A stretch of DNA of 64,000 nucleotides from Betaproteobacteria bacterium (lineage in GTDB: Bacteria > Pseudomonadota > Gammaproteobacteria > Burkholderiales > Rhodocyclaceae): contig JBAXHE010000010.1 of NCBI GenBank assembly GCA_037139055.1, positions 91 to 64,090 of the forward strand, given 5' to 3'. Below are positions 1 to 10,554 of this stretch, in pieces. A program made the position numbers and the translations under genes. Each line of letters starts with the position of its first letter. The stretch's first letter is position 1. The notes below the pieces were generated by a model, which was not told the origin of the DNA, searched no databases, and saw only the letters and a list, made by a program, of their open reading frames with translations.

Positions 1-31
1 GCATCCAAAAACGAAGCGGAGAACAGCATCG

Positions 32-214
32 ATGAACGATTCTGTTGACCCGTATGAGTGCATCGGCATCTGCCAACCGGATCCCGACACCGGCCATTGT
101 TCAGGTTGCGGCCGTCCGCTGACCCCCGCTCCGGTAACAGTAGAAACGATCCAGCACCAGGTATCGCCCCCCAAAATCCTCCCCAGCACAAATGACACCC
201 GCACAAAACATTAG
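32..214 (+). CDS. small Cys-rich protein, DUF1289-like
   Basis: CIGIC-x7-HCSGCGR matches the DUF1289 N-terminal Cys pattern; GGAG upstream; C-terminus atypical. Confidence 0.5.
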   Translation: MNDSVDPYECIGICQPDPDTGHCSGCGRPLTPAPVTVETIQHQVSPPKILPSTNDTRTKH

Positions 215-407
215 CCGTTCCTGATGGCAAATCGAGGCATTTACCCCCTTTTACAATGAACTACCCGTTGTTTTTACAATCTTATATAATCACGTAGGAT
301 GTTTGTTTTGCGCTCATCCGGGAAGAGGCTTCTACCGCGATGGCCAAACGTCATTTGAGGGTAAAAATGCCATTGTTCAGGTTTTTTGACGGCACCACTG
401 GGTAACT

Positions 408-2534
408 ATGAATCAATCAGATTCAGACATCCGCCACCGTTTGACTATCGCCCGGCTGCCGGCGATGCCCCAGATACTCATCAAAATGATCGAACAATGT
501 CAGACCGAAGAAATCGGAATGACATCATTGGCTCAGCTTGTGTCCAAAGACCCGGGAATGACCAGCAAGATTCTGGGCGTTGCCAACAGTTCCTCTTACC
601 ATCGAAGTGGTCGTAAATTCGGTCTTGAGCAGTCACTTATGACGCTAGGCGCCGATATGATCAAAACCATCGTGATCAGCGAGTCAGTCTTCCAGGTATT
701 CAATAATTTTTCTCACGCCAACAGCACCGACCTGCGTGCTTTCTGGAAACATTCTCTTTCCGCAGCGGTGATTGCACGGGCCATTGCCGAGAAGATGGGG
801 TATCCTCACAGCGAAGAAGCCTACCTTGCCGGCCTGTTGCACGATGTCGGCCGTCTGGCCTTGCTGGCGACCGCGCCCAAGGAATATGCCAGTAGCTTTC
901 GCGCGATGGACGACGATGCGCTGTGCGCCAGCGAACAGCAAATGCTCAATATCACCCATCAGGAAGCTGGTGCCTGGCTGATTAAGCGCTGGAATCTCGA
1001 CTCTTTTCTCTCAGACAGCGTGCTCTATCACCACGAGTCAGCGGCTCGACTGGAAACCGCTCACCCACTTATTCGCATCGTGCTCCTTGCCCATTTGATG
1101 AGCGATCAAGGAGAAGAGGATCCTGCAGTCAAGGCAGCAGGCGTTTTGTGTGGCATCAGCGCTGCCGATCTCTCGACCATACGCATCAGCGCAATTTCTC
1201 TGGTCAAGCAATCTGCGGATTCTCTTGGCATAGACCTGGATGGCGTTGGCGTCGCTAACGATCAACCCGTCAGCGCCCTAGCCTCTTCGCAGGGTTCTGT
1301 TCACCAGCAGTTGTCCGACGAGGTGCGCAATCTGGTGTTGACGGCCGAAGCGGGGCGCTCGTTTTCGCGGCAACAGGGCGAAGCTGGCCTGATTGAGGCG
1401 ATAGCCCGATCAGCGCGGCTTCTTTTTGACTTTGAGGATGTCGCCATCCTTCTGATGGACGGCGCCGGTCAGAAACTGGTGGGGATACCGCTGGGCGATC
1501 ACAAGCAACGCCTCAAGGAGTTCTCGATTACCCTCAGCGGTGGCGGTCTGGTCGTTGAATCAGCGCTGCAGCGGCGCCTGGCCTATTTCAGCAGCAATGG
1601 TAACCCCCTTGGCGTAGCCGAAGAGCAATTGCTTCGGGTTCTCGGCTGCGAATCACTGGTTTGCCTCCCCTTGGCAACAGCAAAGCGCTGTCAGGGTATC
1701 CTGATTGGCGGAGTTGCTAATTTTCAGATACCGGCGCTTCGCTTGCGTGAACGATTCATCAGTTCTTTTGGCGAGCAGGCAGCGACTTCTCTCGAAGCCG
1801 CTTTCGCCGACCGGAGTGAAGTTTCTCGTCGAGCGGCCAGCGTCGCTGACGAATTCAAGCAGGCCGCACGCAAAGCGGTTCATGAAGCCAACAATCCACT
1901 TTCCATCATCAAGAACTACCTTGGCGTTCTCGACGCCAAGCTGGAGCGACAGCAGCCCGTCCAAGGCGAGCTCTCTATTCTTAATGATGAAATTGATCGG
2001 GTGGCCCGGATCATCAAGGACTTTCCCGAGCTGAAACCTTCAACACGCGAGGGCCATACTGAGGTCAATCGCGTGGTACGCGACGTAGTTCGCCTGTTCA
2101 GGGATACGGAGTACGTTCCCGCGGCAGTGAAAATCTTTGGCCAGACCCAGGACCAGCCTACAGAAATAGAAGTTCATGCCGATACTATTAAACAGATTCT
2201 GATCAATCTGGTCAAGAATGCCATTGAGGCGATGCCGTTGGGAGGCGAAATCAAGATCATGAATTGTGGCCAGGTCAACCGCGATGGCCGCCTTTATGTC
2301 GAACTCCGCGTCATCGACTCTGGGCCTGGCATCCCCGCAGAGATACTTGACAAGATATTCTCTCCACTGATGAGCACTAAGGGTGGTGAACATCAAGGCC
2401 TTGGCCTAAACATTGTACAAGGCCTGGTCAAGAAATCCGACGGATTAATTAGCTGTCGCAGCAGCAACGTGGGAGCAGCGTTTGAAATACTGTTCCCCGC
2501 CAGAAGACAAACCGAGTCTGAACTTAAATCATGA
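408..2534 (+). CDS. HDOD-GAF histidine kinase
   Basis: LPAMP...DPGMT..IL..ANS, FWKHS, GLLHDVG (HDOD); H-box VHEANNPL, N-box NLVKNA, DSGPGI, GLGL. Confidence 0.9.
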   Translation: MNQSDSDIRHRLTIARLPAMPQILIKMIEQCQTEEIGMTSLAQLVSKDPGMTSKILGVANSSSYHRSGRKFGLEQSLMTLGADMIKTIVISESVFQVFNNFSHANSTDLRAFWKHSLSAAVIARAIAEKMGYPHSEEAYLAGLLHDVGRLALLATAPKEYASSFRAMDDDALCASEQQMLNITHQEAGAWLIKRWNLDSFLSDSVLYHHESAARLETAHPLIRIVLLAHLMSDQGEEDPAVKAAGVLCGISAADLSTIRISAISLVKQSADSLGIDLDGVGVANDQPVSALASSQGSVHQQLSDEVRNLVLTAEAGRSFSRQQGEAGLIEAIARSARLLFDFEDVAILLMDGAGQKLVGIPLGDHKQRLKEFSITLSGGGLVVESALQRRLAYFSSNGNPLGVAEEQLLRVLGCESLVCLPLATAKRCQGILIGGVANFQIPALRLRERFISSFGEQAATSLEAAFADRSEVSRRAASVADEFKQAARKAVHEANNPLSIIKNYLGVLDAKLERQQPVQGELSILNDEIDRVARIIKDFPELKPSTREGHTEVNRVVRDVVRLFRDTEYVPAAVKIFGQTQDQPTEIEVHADTIKQILINLVKNAIEAMPLGGEIKIMNCGQVNRDGRLYVELRVIDSGPGIPAEILDKIFSPLMSTKGGEHQGLGLNIVQGLVKKSDGLISCRSSNVGAAFEILFPARRQTESELKS

Positions 2535-4747
2535 CGGATACGATCACTTCCCGCGCTTCTGGCCTGCCCGGTTTTTCCCTGGGAGAAACACCTCCACCCA
2601 ACGTGTTCAGAGTCGATACGCCTCCACGTCTTTTACTTGTCGACGATGAGCCCATGCTCTTGAGCAGTCTCTGTGCCCTGCTCGACGGGAAAGGTTATCA
2701 ACAATTCACGGCCACACGTGGTAGCGAAGCTGTTGATCATCTGAACAAACAGCAGTTTGATTTGGTCCTTCTTGATTTGCGCTTACCTGACTTCGGCGGT
2801 CATGAAATTATGGATTTCATGAATTCGAAGGGGATTGATTCGAAAGTCATCATTCTCAGCGGTGACACCGGAATCGAAGCCGCCATTGGCGCTCTCAAGC
2901 GAGGCGCTTATGATTATCTGCGTAAGCCCTATACCCGTGAAGAACTGTACAAGACCGTCGATAATGCCTTGGAACAGCAACGGCTTGAGAAAGACAATAG
3001 GCGTATTGCCTGGCAGCTGGAGTGTTCTGAAAAACTCTACCGCTACCTGGTCGACAGTTCTCCCGATATTATTTACACCCTCGATCAGGAAGGCCGTTTC
3101 ACCTTTCTTAACGATCGCGCGTTGCAGTTGCTTGGTTTTCCCCCAGATGATCTGCTCGGTAAGCACTATTCCGAGCTGGTGCATGAAGAGGATATCGAAC
3201 GCGCCCATTATGTTTTCAACGAGCGCCGCGTCGGTGATCGGGCCTCACGAAATATTGAGTTGCGCCTGAAATGTCTGCGCGGTAACGAGCAGGACCGTGT
3301 CTTTGAAAACACCTTGATGACCATTTCTTTCAATTCGATGGGAATGTATGCCATCGATAACGAGCCTGCCAGACGTCAATTTTTTGGCACCTATGGTGTC
3401 GCCCGCGACATCACGGAACGCAAACGCGCAGAAGAGCTGATTTCTTACCAAGCTTATCATGACATTCTGACCGATTTGCCCAATCGCATTCTTTTCAAGG
3501 ACCGCCTCGGACTGGCTCTGATTCAGTCGAAACGCAATGAATCCAGCCTGGCTGTTATGTTCATCGATCTGGATCGTTTCAAATGGGTCAACGACACCCT
3601 TGGTCACGTCAAGGGCGATGAGATGTTGCAGAACGTTTCTTTCCGTCTGAAAGAATGCCTGCGCCGAGGAGACACCTTGGCCAGGCTGGGCGGCGACGAA
3701 TTCACCGTGGTCTTGCCGGAGTTGCATGACCGTAAGGATGCTGAAGTCATCGCTGAAAAATTTCTCGAGTCATTGAGCAAACCATTTTTCCTCGATGGCA
3801 ACGAAGTTTTCATTTCTGCAAGCATCGGCATTTCTGTCTATCCCGCGGACGGTCCTTCGATTGAAGAACTGCTGCGACACGCTGATATCGCTATGTATCA
3901 AGTTAAATCCCAGGGCAAAAACGGCTACAGTTTTTATGCCGATTCAATGCTTGACTCCTCGTATCAGAAAATTGAGCTAGACACTGGTCTTCGCCACGCC
4001 CTCGATCACGATGAGCTGGAAATGTACTACCAGCCGCAAGTGGATGCCATCAGCGGAGAGATCATTGGCGTTGAAGGTCTGATGCGCTGGAATCATCCCG
4101 AGCGGGGATTGTTGAGCGCAGGTGAATTCCTGCCGTTTGCCGAAGAAAACGGCCTGATGATTCCGATCAGTGACTGGATGCTCGGCGCGCTGTGCCGCGA
4201 TATTCTTTTGCTCAATTCCAAGGGCGGGGAGCAAATCCTCTTTTCATTGAACATTTCGCCTCAGTATCTTGAGCGCGATGATTTCTTTGAAAAACTGCGT
4301 TCAACCCTTACGCATTACGGGGTTTCGCCTTCGCAGATCGAAGTGGAGATCACCGAAAATATCTGCATCCGCAATCCACAGTACGCCACCGAGCAACTCA
4401 ACAAGCTTTGCCAGATTGGCGTCAGTGTTGCTATCGACGACTTTGGCACGGGTTATTCGTCGCTCTCGTATTTACATCGTTTCCCGGTGCAAAAAATCAA
4501 GATCGACCAATCCTTCGTCAAGGAAATTCAGCGCGATGATGGCCATTTCCCGGTCATTCTGGCGATCATTTCCATCGCTCGTGGACTGGGTCTGAGGATT
4601 GTTGCTGAAGGCGTCGAGACCCTCACGCAATTGCAGTATCTCCAGCAGGCGGGGTGCACGACCATCCAAGGGTATTACTACTACCAGCCGCTTTCATGCA
4701 GCCAGTTGATTGATGCCATCAATGTTAAGCAAACCGAAAGCGCCTGA
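2531..4747 (+). CDS. REC-PAS-GGDEF-EAL diguanylate cyclase/phosphodiesterase
   Basis: LLVDD/DLRLP receiver, PAS, RRGD..GGDEF, EGLMRW, DDFGTGYSSL; ATGA overlap with the upstream kinase. Confidence 0.93.
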   Translation: MTDTITSRASGLPGFSLGETPPPNVFRVDTPPRLLLVDDEPMLLSSLCALLDGKGYQQFTATRGSEAVDHLNKQQFDLVLLDLRLPDFGGHEIMDFMNSKGIDSKVIILSGDTGIEAAIGALKRGAYDYLRKPYTREELYKTVDNALEQQRLEKDNRRIAWQLECSEKLYRYLVDSSPDIIYTLDQEGRFTFLNDRALQLLGFPPDDLLGKHYSELVHEEDIERAHYVFNERRVGDRASRNIELRLKCLRGNEQDRVFENTLMTISFNSMGMYAIDNEPARRQFFGTYGVARDITERKRAEELISYQAYHDILTDLPNRILFKDRLGLALIQSKRNESSLAVMFIDLDRFKWVNDTLGHVKGDEMLQNVSFRLKECLRRGDTLARLGGDEFTVVLPELHDRKDAEVIAEKFLESLSKPFFLDGNEVFISASIGISVYPADGPSIEELLRHADIAMYQVKSQGKNGYSFYADSMLDSSYQKIELDTGLRHALDHDELEMYYQPQVDAISGEIIGVEGLMRWNHPERGLLSAGEFLPFAEENGLMIPISDWMLGALCRDILLLNSKGGEQILFSLNISPQYLERDDFFEKLRSTLTHYGVSPSQIEVEITENICIRNPQYATEQLNKLCQIGVSVAIDDFGTGYSSLSYLHRFPVQKIKIDQSFVKEIQRDDGHFPVILAIISIARGLGLRIVAEGVETLTQLQYLQQAGCTTIQGYYYYQPLSCSQLIDAINVKQTESA

Positions 4748-4758
4748 GTCAAGGCGAG

Positions 4759-5955
4759 TTACGGTAGCGGCAAAGCGTACGGCCCGCCAGAATGCAGCAC
4801 GGTTTCCACCAGTTTGACCCAGTAACTGATGCCTATTGGCAAGATACTGTCGTTAAAATCGTAATGTGGATTGTGTAGCGTACACCCGCCGGACCCCGGT
4901 CCGTTCCCCAGCCAAACGTAGCATCCCGGTTTTTTTTGCAACATGTACGAGAAATCTTCAGCGCCCATTGAGGGGAGTTCATCGCAGCGTATTTTTTCGC
5001 CTCCCAGCAGTGAGACTGCTGCCTGCATGCACATCCCGGTTTCAGCCACACTATTGACCGTAGGCGGATAGCGTAAATCAAACCGGGTCACGATTTCTGC
5101 GCCGAAAGTTTGAGCAATCCCCTCGCACAGTCTATTCACTGCTCGTTCTACTTGTTCCTGGATTTCTGGCTTGAACGTCCGTATCGTCCCGCGCAGTACA
5201 GCCTCCTCCGGGATAACATTCACCGCGGCTCCACCATGAATTTGCGTCACACTGACTACCGCCGCTTCACACGGGTGCAAATTGCGGGCTACCACTGTTT
5301 GTAGCGCCAGTACCAGGTGGCTAGCCACCAGTAGCGTATCAACGCCCTGATGGGGCATCGCGGCATGGCACCCCTGGCCGTGAATCAATATCTCAAAGGC
5401 ACAGGTCCCAGCCATCACCGGACCACTGCGGATGGCCATTTCACCAACTGGCAGTCCGGGCCAGTTGTGCAGACCAAAAACGGCATCCATCGGGAATTGC
5501 TCGAACAGCCCCTCCGTGATCATGACGGCGGCGCCACCCTCAGACTCTTCTGCCGGTTGAAAAATGAAATATACCGTCCCTTCAAAATCCAATGTGCTGC
5601 AGTTTTCGGCCATGTATCTTGCCGCCCCAAGCAGCATGGCGGTGTGCCCATCATGGCCACAGGCATGCATCTGACCTTTATTCATCGAGCGATGCGCGAA
5701 ATCATTCATTTCATCGAGTGGCAAGGCATCGAGGTCAGCACGTAAACCAATGGACTGCCCTGCCCCCCCTTTACGCAACACCCCGACGACTCCCGTTTTC
5801 GCCAGCCCTCGATGGACTTCCAGTCCATACGACGCCAGCTCACGCGCCACAATCTCGGCGGTCCTGTTTTCATTGAAGGCCAGCTCGGGGTTGGCATGTA
5901 TATCTCGCCGGATGGCGACCATATCGGAAACGAAAGGGATATCGAAAAGACTCAT
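4759..5955 (-). CDS. M20D amidohydrolase (hippurate hydrolase-like)
   Basis: [49 protein letters not shown]. Confidence 0.93.
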   Translation of the reverse strand: MSLFDIPFVSDMVAIRRDIHANPELAFNENRTAEIVARELASYGLEVHRGLAKTGVVGVLRKGGAGQSIGLRADLDALPLDEMNDFAHRSMNKGQMHACGHDGHTAMLLGAARYMAENCSTLDFEGTVYFIFQPAEESEGGAAVMITEGLFEQFPMDAVFGLHNWPGLPVGEMAIRSGPVMAGTCAFEILIHGQGCHAAMPHQGVDTLLVASHLVLALQTVVARNLHPCEAAVVSVTQIHGGAAVNVIPEEAVLRGTIRTFKPEIQEQVERAVNRLCEGIAQTFGAEIVTRFDLRYPPTVNSVAETGMCMQAAVSLLGGEKIRCDELPSMGAEDFSYMLQKKPGCYVWLGNGPGSGGCTLHNPHYDFNDSILPIGISYWVKLVETVLHSGGPYALPLP

Positions 5956-6037
5956 CGCAGTAGTTCATCCAACGGTATTGATCGTTAATTCAAAGCCAAC
6001 TTGCCCGAGCAGGGCTCGTTCCGGTATTCTCACAGTC

Positions 6038-6895
6038 ATGCATATCGTCATCATCAGCGGTCTCTCGGGTTCTGGCAAGTCAATCGCGCTCAACATGCTT
6101 GAAGACGCGGCGTATTTCTGTGTCGACAATCTCCCTTCGCCGTTGTTGCAACATCTTATCGACCAACTGAGTCAGCAAGGTTATGACAAGGTTGCCGTGG
6201 CCATTGATATCCGTGGTGGAGATAGTCTGGCGATGCTGCCGCAACAACTTTCGGAATTACGCGCCAGAAAGCTCGAGTTCCAGTTTCTTTTTCTCGATAC
6301 CAAAACCGAAACCATACTCAAGCGCTTTTCCGAAACTCGTCGACGCCACCCGCTGGCCGATAGTCAGCACACACTGACTGAAGCCATTGCGGAAGAACGG
6401 ACGCGTCTGGCCAGCCTGGCCGAACTCGGCCATCATATCGACACCAGTGATCTCAAGCCTAACGCCCTGCGCCACTGGATCCGGCAGTTCATTACTGCCG
6501 AATCTGCGCAAGGTCTCACCCTGCTTTTTGAGTCCTTTGGTTTCAAGCATGGTGTTCCCCTCGACGCCGAGCTGGTTTTCGATGTGCGTTGCCTACCCAA
6601 CCCTCATTACGAAACGGCACTTCGACCGCTGACCGGACGGGATCTGTCAGTAATTTCCTTTCTTGAAGCTGAAGCCGAAGTCCTGCGCATGCGTGATGAC
6701 ATTGCACGCTTTGTTGACACCTGGCTGCCTTGTTACGTTCGCGACAATCGAAGCTATCTTACGGTTGGGATTGGCTGCACCGGCGGCCAGCACCGCTCAG
6801 TGTATTTTGCTGAATGGTTGGGGTGTCATTTTCAGGACAAGGCGCGTGTTCTGGTTCGTCATCGCGAGCTTCCTCCTCCCCCGACTGGCGAATAG
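6038..6895 (+). CDS. rapZ: RNase adapter RapZ (YhbJ/YvcJ P-loop protein)
   Basis: [44 protein letters not shown]; start reset to ATG 6038. Confidence 0.95.
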   Translation: MHIVIISGLSGSGKSIALNMLEDAAYFCVDNLPSPLLQHLIDQLSQQGYDKVAVAIDIRGGDSLAMLPQQLSELRARKLEFQFLFLDTKTETILKRFSETRRRHPLADSQHTLTEAIAEERTRLASLAELGHHIDTSDLKPNALRHWIRQFITAESAQGLTLLFESFGFKHGVPLDAELVFDVRCLPNPHYETALRPLTGRDLSVISFLEAEAEVLRMRDDIARFVDTWLPCYVRDNRSYLTVGIGCTGGQHRSVYFAEWLGCHFQDKARVLVRHRELPPPPTGE

Positions 6896-6897
6896 AC

Positions 6898-7272
6898 ATG
6901 CCGTGGCTCAAGTTGTTTCGTTACGGCGACTGGCTCGTAATATGTATTGGCCTAGTGTTTTCGATCACATCTTTTCCCTTAATCTGGCGGGGTGGCATTG
7001 CCGAAAAAGCCCAGATAAAGCGAGGTGGCGAAGTTTTCGGTGAATTTGATCTTTCAAGAAGTCGTCAAATTGAAGTTCCTGGTCCGCTCGGGGTCACCAC
7101 TATCGCCGTCGATCGGAACCGTGTGCGTGTGGTTTCTGATCCTGGTTTTCATCAGTATTGCGTTCGCCAGGGCTGGCTGCAGCATGCCGGTGAAATCGCC
7201 ATTTGTGCGCCCAATCAGGTGAGTGTGCAGGTGATTGGCACTAAAGAGTCCTATGACTCGCTTAGTTACTAA
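6898..7272 (+). CDS. NusG domain II-containing membrane-anchored protein (Lin0431/DUF1312-like)
   Basis: N-terminal TM after GDW, GPLG, C..QGWL...GE..IC.PNQV; ATG 2 nt after the rapZ stop. Confidence 0.8.
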   Translation: MPWLKLFRYGDWLVICIGLVFSITSFPLIWRGGIAEKAQIKRGGEVFGEFDLSRSRQIEVPGPLGVTTIAVDRNRVRVVSDPGFHQYCVRQGWLQHAGEIAICAPNQVSVQVIGTKESYDSLSY

Positions 7273-7777
7273 GCTAATCACCACCCCCGAGGATCATCGC
7301 GTCGCCCAGCTGGCAGCCGCAGCTATTGCTTTGGCGCTGGTCGACGCGGCGATTCCTCTTCCGCTTCCTGGGGTTAAGCCGGGACTATCGAACATCGTGA
7401 CACTGATTGTACTGGCCCGTTATGGGTGGTCAGTGGCAGCCTGGGTCACCGGACTCCGCGTCATCGCCGGCGGGCTGCTGCTCGGACAGTTTCTTTCTCC
7501 GGGTTTTTTCATGAGCCTGGCCGGTGCCTTATCCAGCCTGTGCGTGCTGTCCTTGGCCATACGTTTACCCGAGCGCTGGTTCGGCCCGATCAGCTGGAGC
7601 ATCCTTGGGGCCTTCGCACATATCGGTGGGCAACTACTCCTGGCTCGACTGTGGCTGATCCCGCATAACGGATTGTTCTATCTTGTACCGGTATTCTCCT
7701 CTGCTGCATTAGCTTTCGGTATCATCAACGGTCTGATCGCTGCGCGTCTCATTACAGAGCCCGCAAATTCACCTTGA
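7253..7777 (+). CDS. Gx transporter family protein ('heptaprenyl diphosphate synthase component I'-like)
   Basis: IPLPLPGVKPGLSNIVTL, SLAGALSS, SILGAFAHIGGQL; multi-TM. Confidence 0.85.
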   Translation: MTRLVTKLITTPEDHRVAQLAAAAIALALVDAAIPLPLPGVKPGLSNIVTLIVLARYGWSVAAWVTGLRVIAGGLLLGQFLSPGFFMSLAGALSSLCVLSLAIRLPERWFGPISWSILGAFAHIGGQLLLARLWLIPHNGLFYLVPVFSSAALAFGIINGLIAARLITEPANSP

Positions 7778-7796
7778 TACGCTTCCGGGGATTGAA

Positions 7797-8405
7797 ATGA
7801 GCAAAAGAATTTGCCTGGCTTTTACTGGCGCCTCTGGCATGCCGTACGGTATCCGTTTACTCGAATGTCTTCTGGCCTCGGGATGCCACGTCCAACTGCT
7901 GTATTCGCAAGTTGCGCCGATTGTCGCTCGGCAGGAAATGAACTTGGAATTACCGGCTCGATCGGCTGATGCCCAGACTTATTTTCGTCAGCGCTTTGCG
8001 GAACTCCCTGGTGTTCTCGATGTTTATGGCCGTGAAGAGTGGTTTGCCCCGGTCGCCAGTGGATCGAATCCGCCCGACGCCATGGTCGTGTGCCCATGCA
8101 CCATGGGCACCCTGGCCTCGATTGCCCAGGGACTGGCTAGCAATCTTCTTGAACGTGCGGCCGATGTGATGCTCAAGGAAAGCCGCAAGCTGATCTTGGT
8201 TCCACGTGAAACGCCCTTCTCGGCTATCCACCTTGAAAACATGCTGCGTTTGGCACGTGCCGGGGCCATCATTCTTCCACCCAATCCCGGCTTTTATCAC
8301 CATCCACAAAGTGTCGAAGATTTAGTGGATTTTGTCGTCGCCCGTATTCTCGATCAACTCTCCGTTGCGCATACGCTGATGGCGCGCTGGGGTGAAAGCG
8401 AATAG
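7797..8405 (+). CDS. ubiX: flavin prenyltransferase UbiX
   Basis: TGASGMPYG, ASGS, PCTMGTLA.IA.G, RAADV.LKE.R.LILVPRETP, PGFY. Confidence 0.95.
   Translation: MSKRICLAFTGASGMPYGIRLLECLLASGCHVQLLYSQVAPIVARQEMNLELPARSADAQTYFRQRFAELPGVLDVYGREEWFAPVASGSNPPDAMVVCPCTMGTLASIAQGLASNLLERAADVMLKESRKLILVPRETPFSAIHLENMLRLARAGAIILPPNPGFYHHPQSVEDLVDFVVARILDQLSVAHTLMARWGESE
8198..8213. promoter_or_regulatory. parS-like site inside ubiX
   Basis: gGTTCCACGTGAAACg; its 14-bp core is the exact reverse complement of the cores at 16062 and 19426. Confidence 0.65.
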
Positions 8406-8424
8406 AAATTCCTGCGCTTCTCTC

Positions 8425-9192
8425 TCAGAAGGTATCCCAGGCAAATTTGACGATCAGGGCGCTGACTACCGCCAGAAATACCCGCCGCACAAATCCACTG
8501 CCATGCCGGAAGGCCAGATGCGTTCCAATCACCGAGCCGAGCACATTACCGCAGGCCATGACGACGGCGGCCAGAGGCAAATAAAAACCATTGGGGACAA
8601 AATAACTGATGGCTGCAAGGTTGGTTGCTACGTTGACCACCTTGGATGCCGCTGAGGCGTGCAGGAAATCGAAGCCGAAAAAACGGATAAACAGGAAGAT
8701 CAGGAAACTTCCGGCGCCCGGGCCGAAGAATCCGTCATAAAATCCGATCACACCACCAAGAATTAGGGCATAGAGGAGTTCTCTGTGGCCTCCGTGCTGG
8801 GGCCGATGAATCGTGCCAAAGTCCTTGCGCCAGAAGGTATACGCCGCTGATCCAATCAATAGAATAAGGATCATCGGACGAAGAAAATCGCGCGGAATCC
8901 AGGCCACGGCCATCGCACCGAGGTAAGAAAAGGCAAATGCCGATAGCGCCGCCGGCAAGGTGCTTCGCCACGGCATGTTGACCCGCCGCATATAGCGCCA
9001 GGCGGCGTTGCTGGTACCAAAAACACTGGCGATTTTATTGGTCCCGAAGAGCGTCGCCGGGAGTTCTTTCGGTAAGGTCGTGAACAACGCGGGGATATTG
9101 ATCAAGCCCCCACCTCCGACCATGGAATCGATCAAGCCAGCGAACACTGAAGTGCCCGCCAAAATCATCAACAGAGAATAGTCAGGGCTCAC
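8425..9192 (-). CDS. TSUP (TauE/SafE) family transporter
   Basis: AGLIDSMVGGGGLI, GTNK, GFYDGFFGPGAGSF, ASKVVN.ATN. Confidence 0.9.
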   Translation of the reverse strand: MSPDYSLLMILAGTSVFAGLIDSMVGGGGLINIPALFTTLPKELPATLFGTNKIASVFGTSNAAWRYMRRVNMPWRSTLPAALSAFAFSYLGAMAVAWIPRDFLRPMILILLIGSAAYTFWRKDFGTIHRPQHGGHRELLYALILGGVIGFYDGFFGPGAGSFLIFLFIRFFGFDFLHASAASKVVNVATNLAAISYFVPNGFYLPLAAVVMACGNVLGSVIGTHLAFRHGSGFVRRVFLAVVSALIVKFAWDTF

Positions 9193-9195
9193 CGT

Positions 9196-10554
9196 TTATT
9201 TCCCGATGCAAAAACGGCCAAAAATCTCACCCAGCAAATCGTCGGCGGAAAATTCTCCAGTAATGGCGGTCAATGCGACTTGCGCCACACGTAATTCCTC
9301 GGCAAATAGCTCAAGTTGCGGCAGTCTGGCCCGGGCACAGGCAACGTGCTCTCGAGCCTCTTTAAGAGCGTGCAAATGGCGTTCGCGGGCAATAAACACA
9401 TCTTCTGCCGGATGCCAGCCGGCAATCTTTAATAGTTCCTGGCGCAATAACTCAATCCCCTCTCCGCGCTTAGCCGAGAGCGAAATAGACACGCCAGAAG
9501 CCTCGTCGTGGCGCGCGGCCTCTTTGCCGGCCAGATCGATCTTGTTAAATACCGTCAGACATGGCAATTGGGCGGGCAACTGCGCGATGATCGCCTGATC
9601 CGCCGCATTCACGCCGCTGCGTGCGTCGACCAAAAGAATCAGGACATCGGCTCGCTCAATTTCCCGCCAAGTCCGGAGAATTCCGATTTTCTCGACTTCG
9701 TCGTCAGTTTCGCGCAAACCGGCAGTATCGATAACATGCAGCGGAACGCCCTGAATCTGCAGCGTACCGCGCACCACATCGCGGGTCGTCCCAGCAACCG
9801 CGGTGACGATGGCCAGTTCATCTCCGGCCAGACGGTTAAGCAGACTCGATTTTCCGACATTCGGCTGCCCGGCGATGACGATGTGCAAGCCGCTCTGAAG
9901 GAGCTTGCCTTGGCTGGCACGGTCAAAAACGGCATCGAGTTTGCTCTGGATTCGATCGAGACGGCCAAAGGCATCAGCAGCCTGCAGGAAATCAACTTCC
10001 TCTTCGGGAAAATCCAGAGTCGCTTCGACCAGCGCGCGCAGCTCGATCAGCTGTTCGACCAGTCCATTAATCTCGTGTGAAAATTCGCCTTGAAGTGAGC
10101 GGACCGCACTACGTGCGGCGGCGGCCGTGGTCGCTTCAATCAGATCAATTACCGCCTCGGCTTGCGCCAAATCCAGTTTTCCATTGAGGTAAGCACGGCG
10201 GGTGAACTCACCGGGTTCAGCCAAGCGAGCGCCGATTTCAAGGCAGCGTGCCAGAAGCATTTGCAAGACTACCGGGCCACCGTGGCCCTGCAGTTCGAGT
10301 ACATCTTCGCCGGTGAATGAATGCGGCGCAGGGAAATGTAGTGCCAAGCCAGTATCAATGACCTGACCTGAAGAATCACGGAATGGAGTAAGAGTAGCTA
10401 GCCGCGGAGACAGGGGCTTGCAGCCAAGTTCCTGGGCAAACGCCTGCAGGTGATTACCGGACACACGGACAACCCCCACGCCGCCACGCCCTGAAGGCGT
10501 GGCAATCGCGACAATGGTCTTAGTGCTTGGCGTCGTTGGTGGCTTTTCCGCCAT
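9196..10554 (-). CDS. mnmE: tRNA modification GTPase MnmE
   Basis: [19 protein letters not shown]...[22 protein letters not shown]-terminal FCIGK. Confidence 0.97.
   Translation of the reverse strand: MAEKPPTTPSTKTIVAIATPSGRGGVGVVRVSGNHLQAFAQELGCKPLSPRLATLTPFRDSSGQVIDTGLALHFPAPHSFTGEDVLELQGHGGPVVLQMLLARCLEIGARLAEPGEFTRRAYLNGKLDLAQAEAVIDLIEATTAAAARSAVRSLQGEFSHEINGLVEQLIELRALVEATLDFPEEEVDFLQAADAFGRLDRIQSKLDAVFDRASQGKLLQSGLHIVIAGQPNVGKSSLLNRLAGDELAIVTAVAGTTRDVVRGTLQIQGVPLHVIDTAGLRETDDEVEKIGILRTWREIERADVLILLVDARSGVNAADQAIIAQLPAQLPCLTVFNKIDLAGKEAARHDEASGVSISLSAKRGEGIELLRQELLKIAGWHPAEDVFIARERHLHALKEAREHVACARARLPQLELFAEELRVAQVALTAITGEFSADDLLGEIFGRFCIGK

Noticed and set aside
249-290. TTTTACAAT repeated twice, plus TATAAT, upstream of the HDOD kinase
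   Set aside because: These are probably ordinary promoter elements in an AT-rich spacer and are too short to assign to a regulator.
5750-6037. N-terminal extension of the rapZ ORF
   Set aside because: It overlaps the amidohydrolase gene antisense; RapZ homology starts at ATG 6038.
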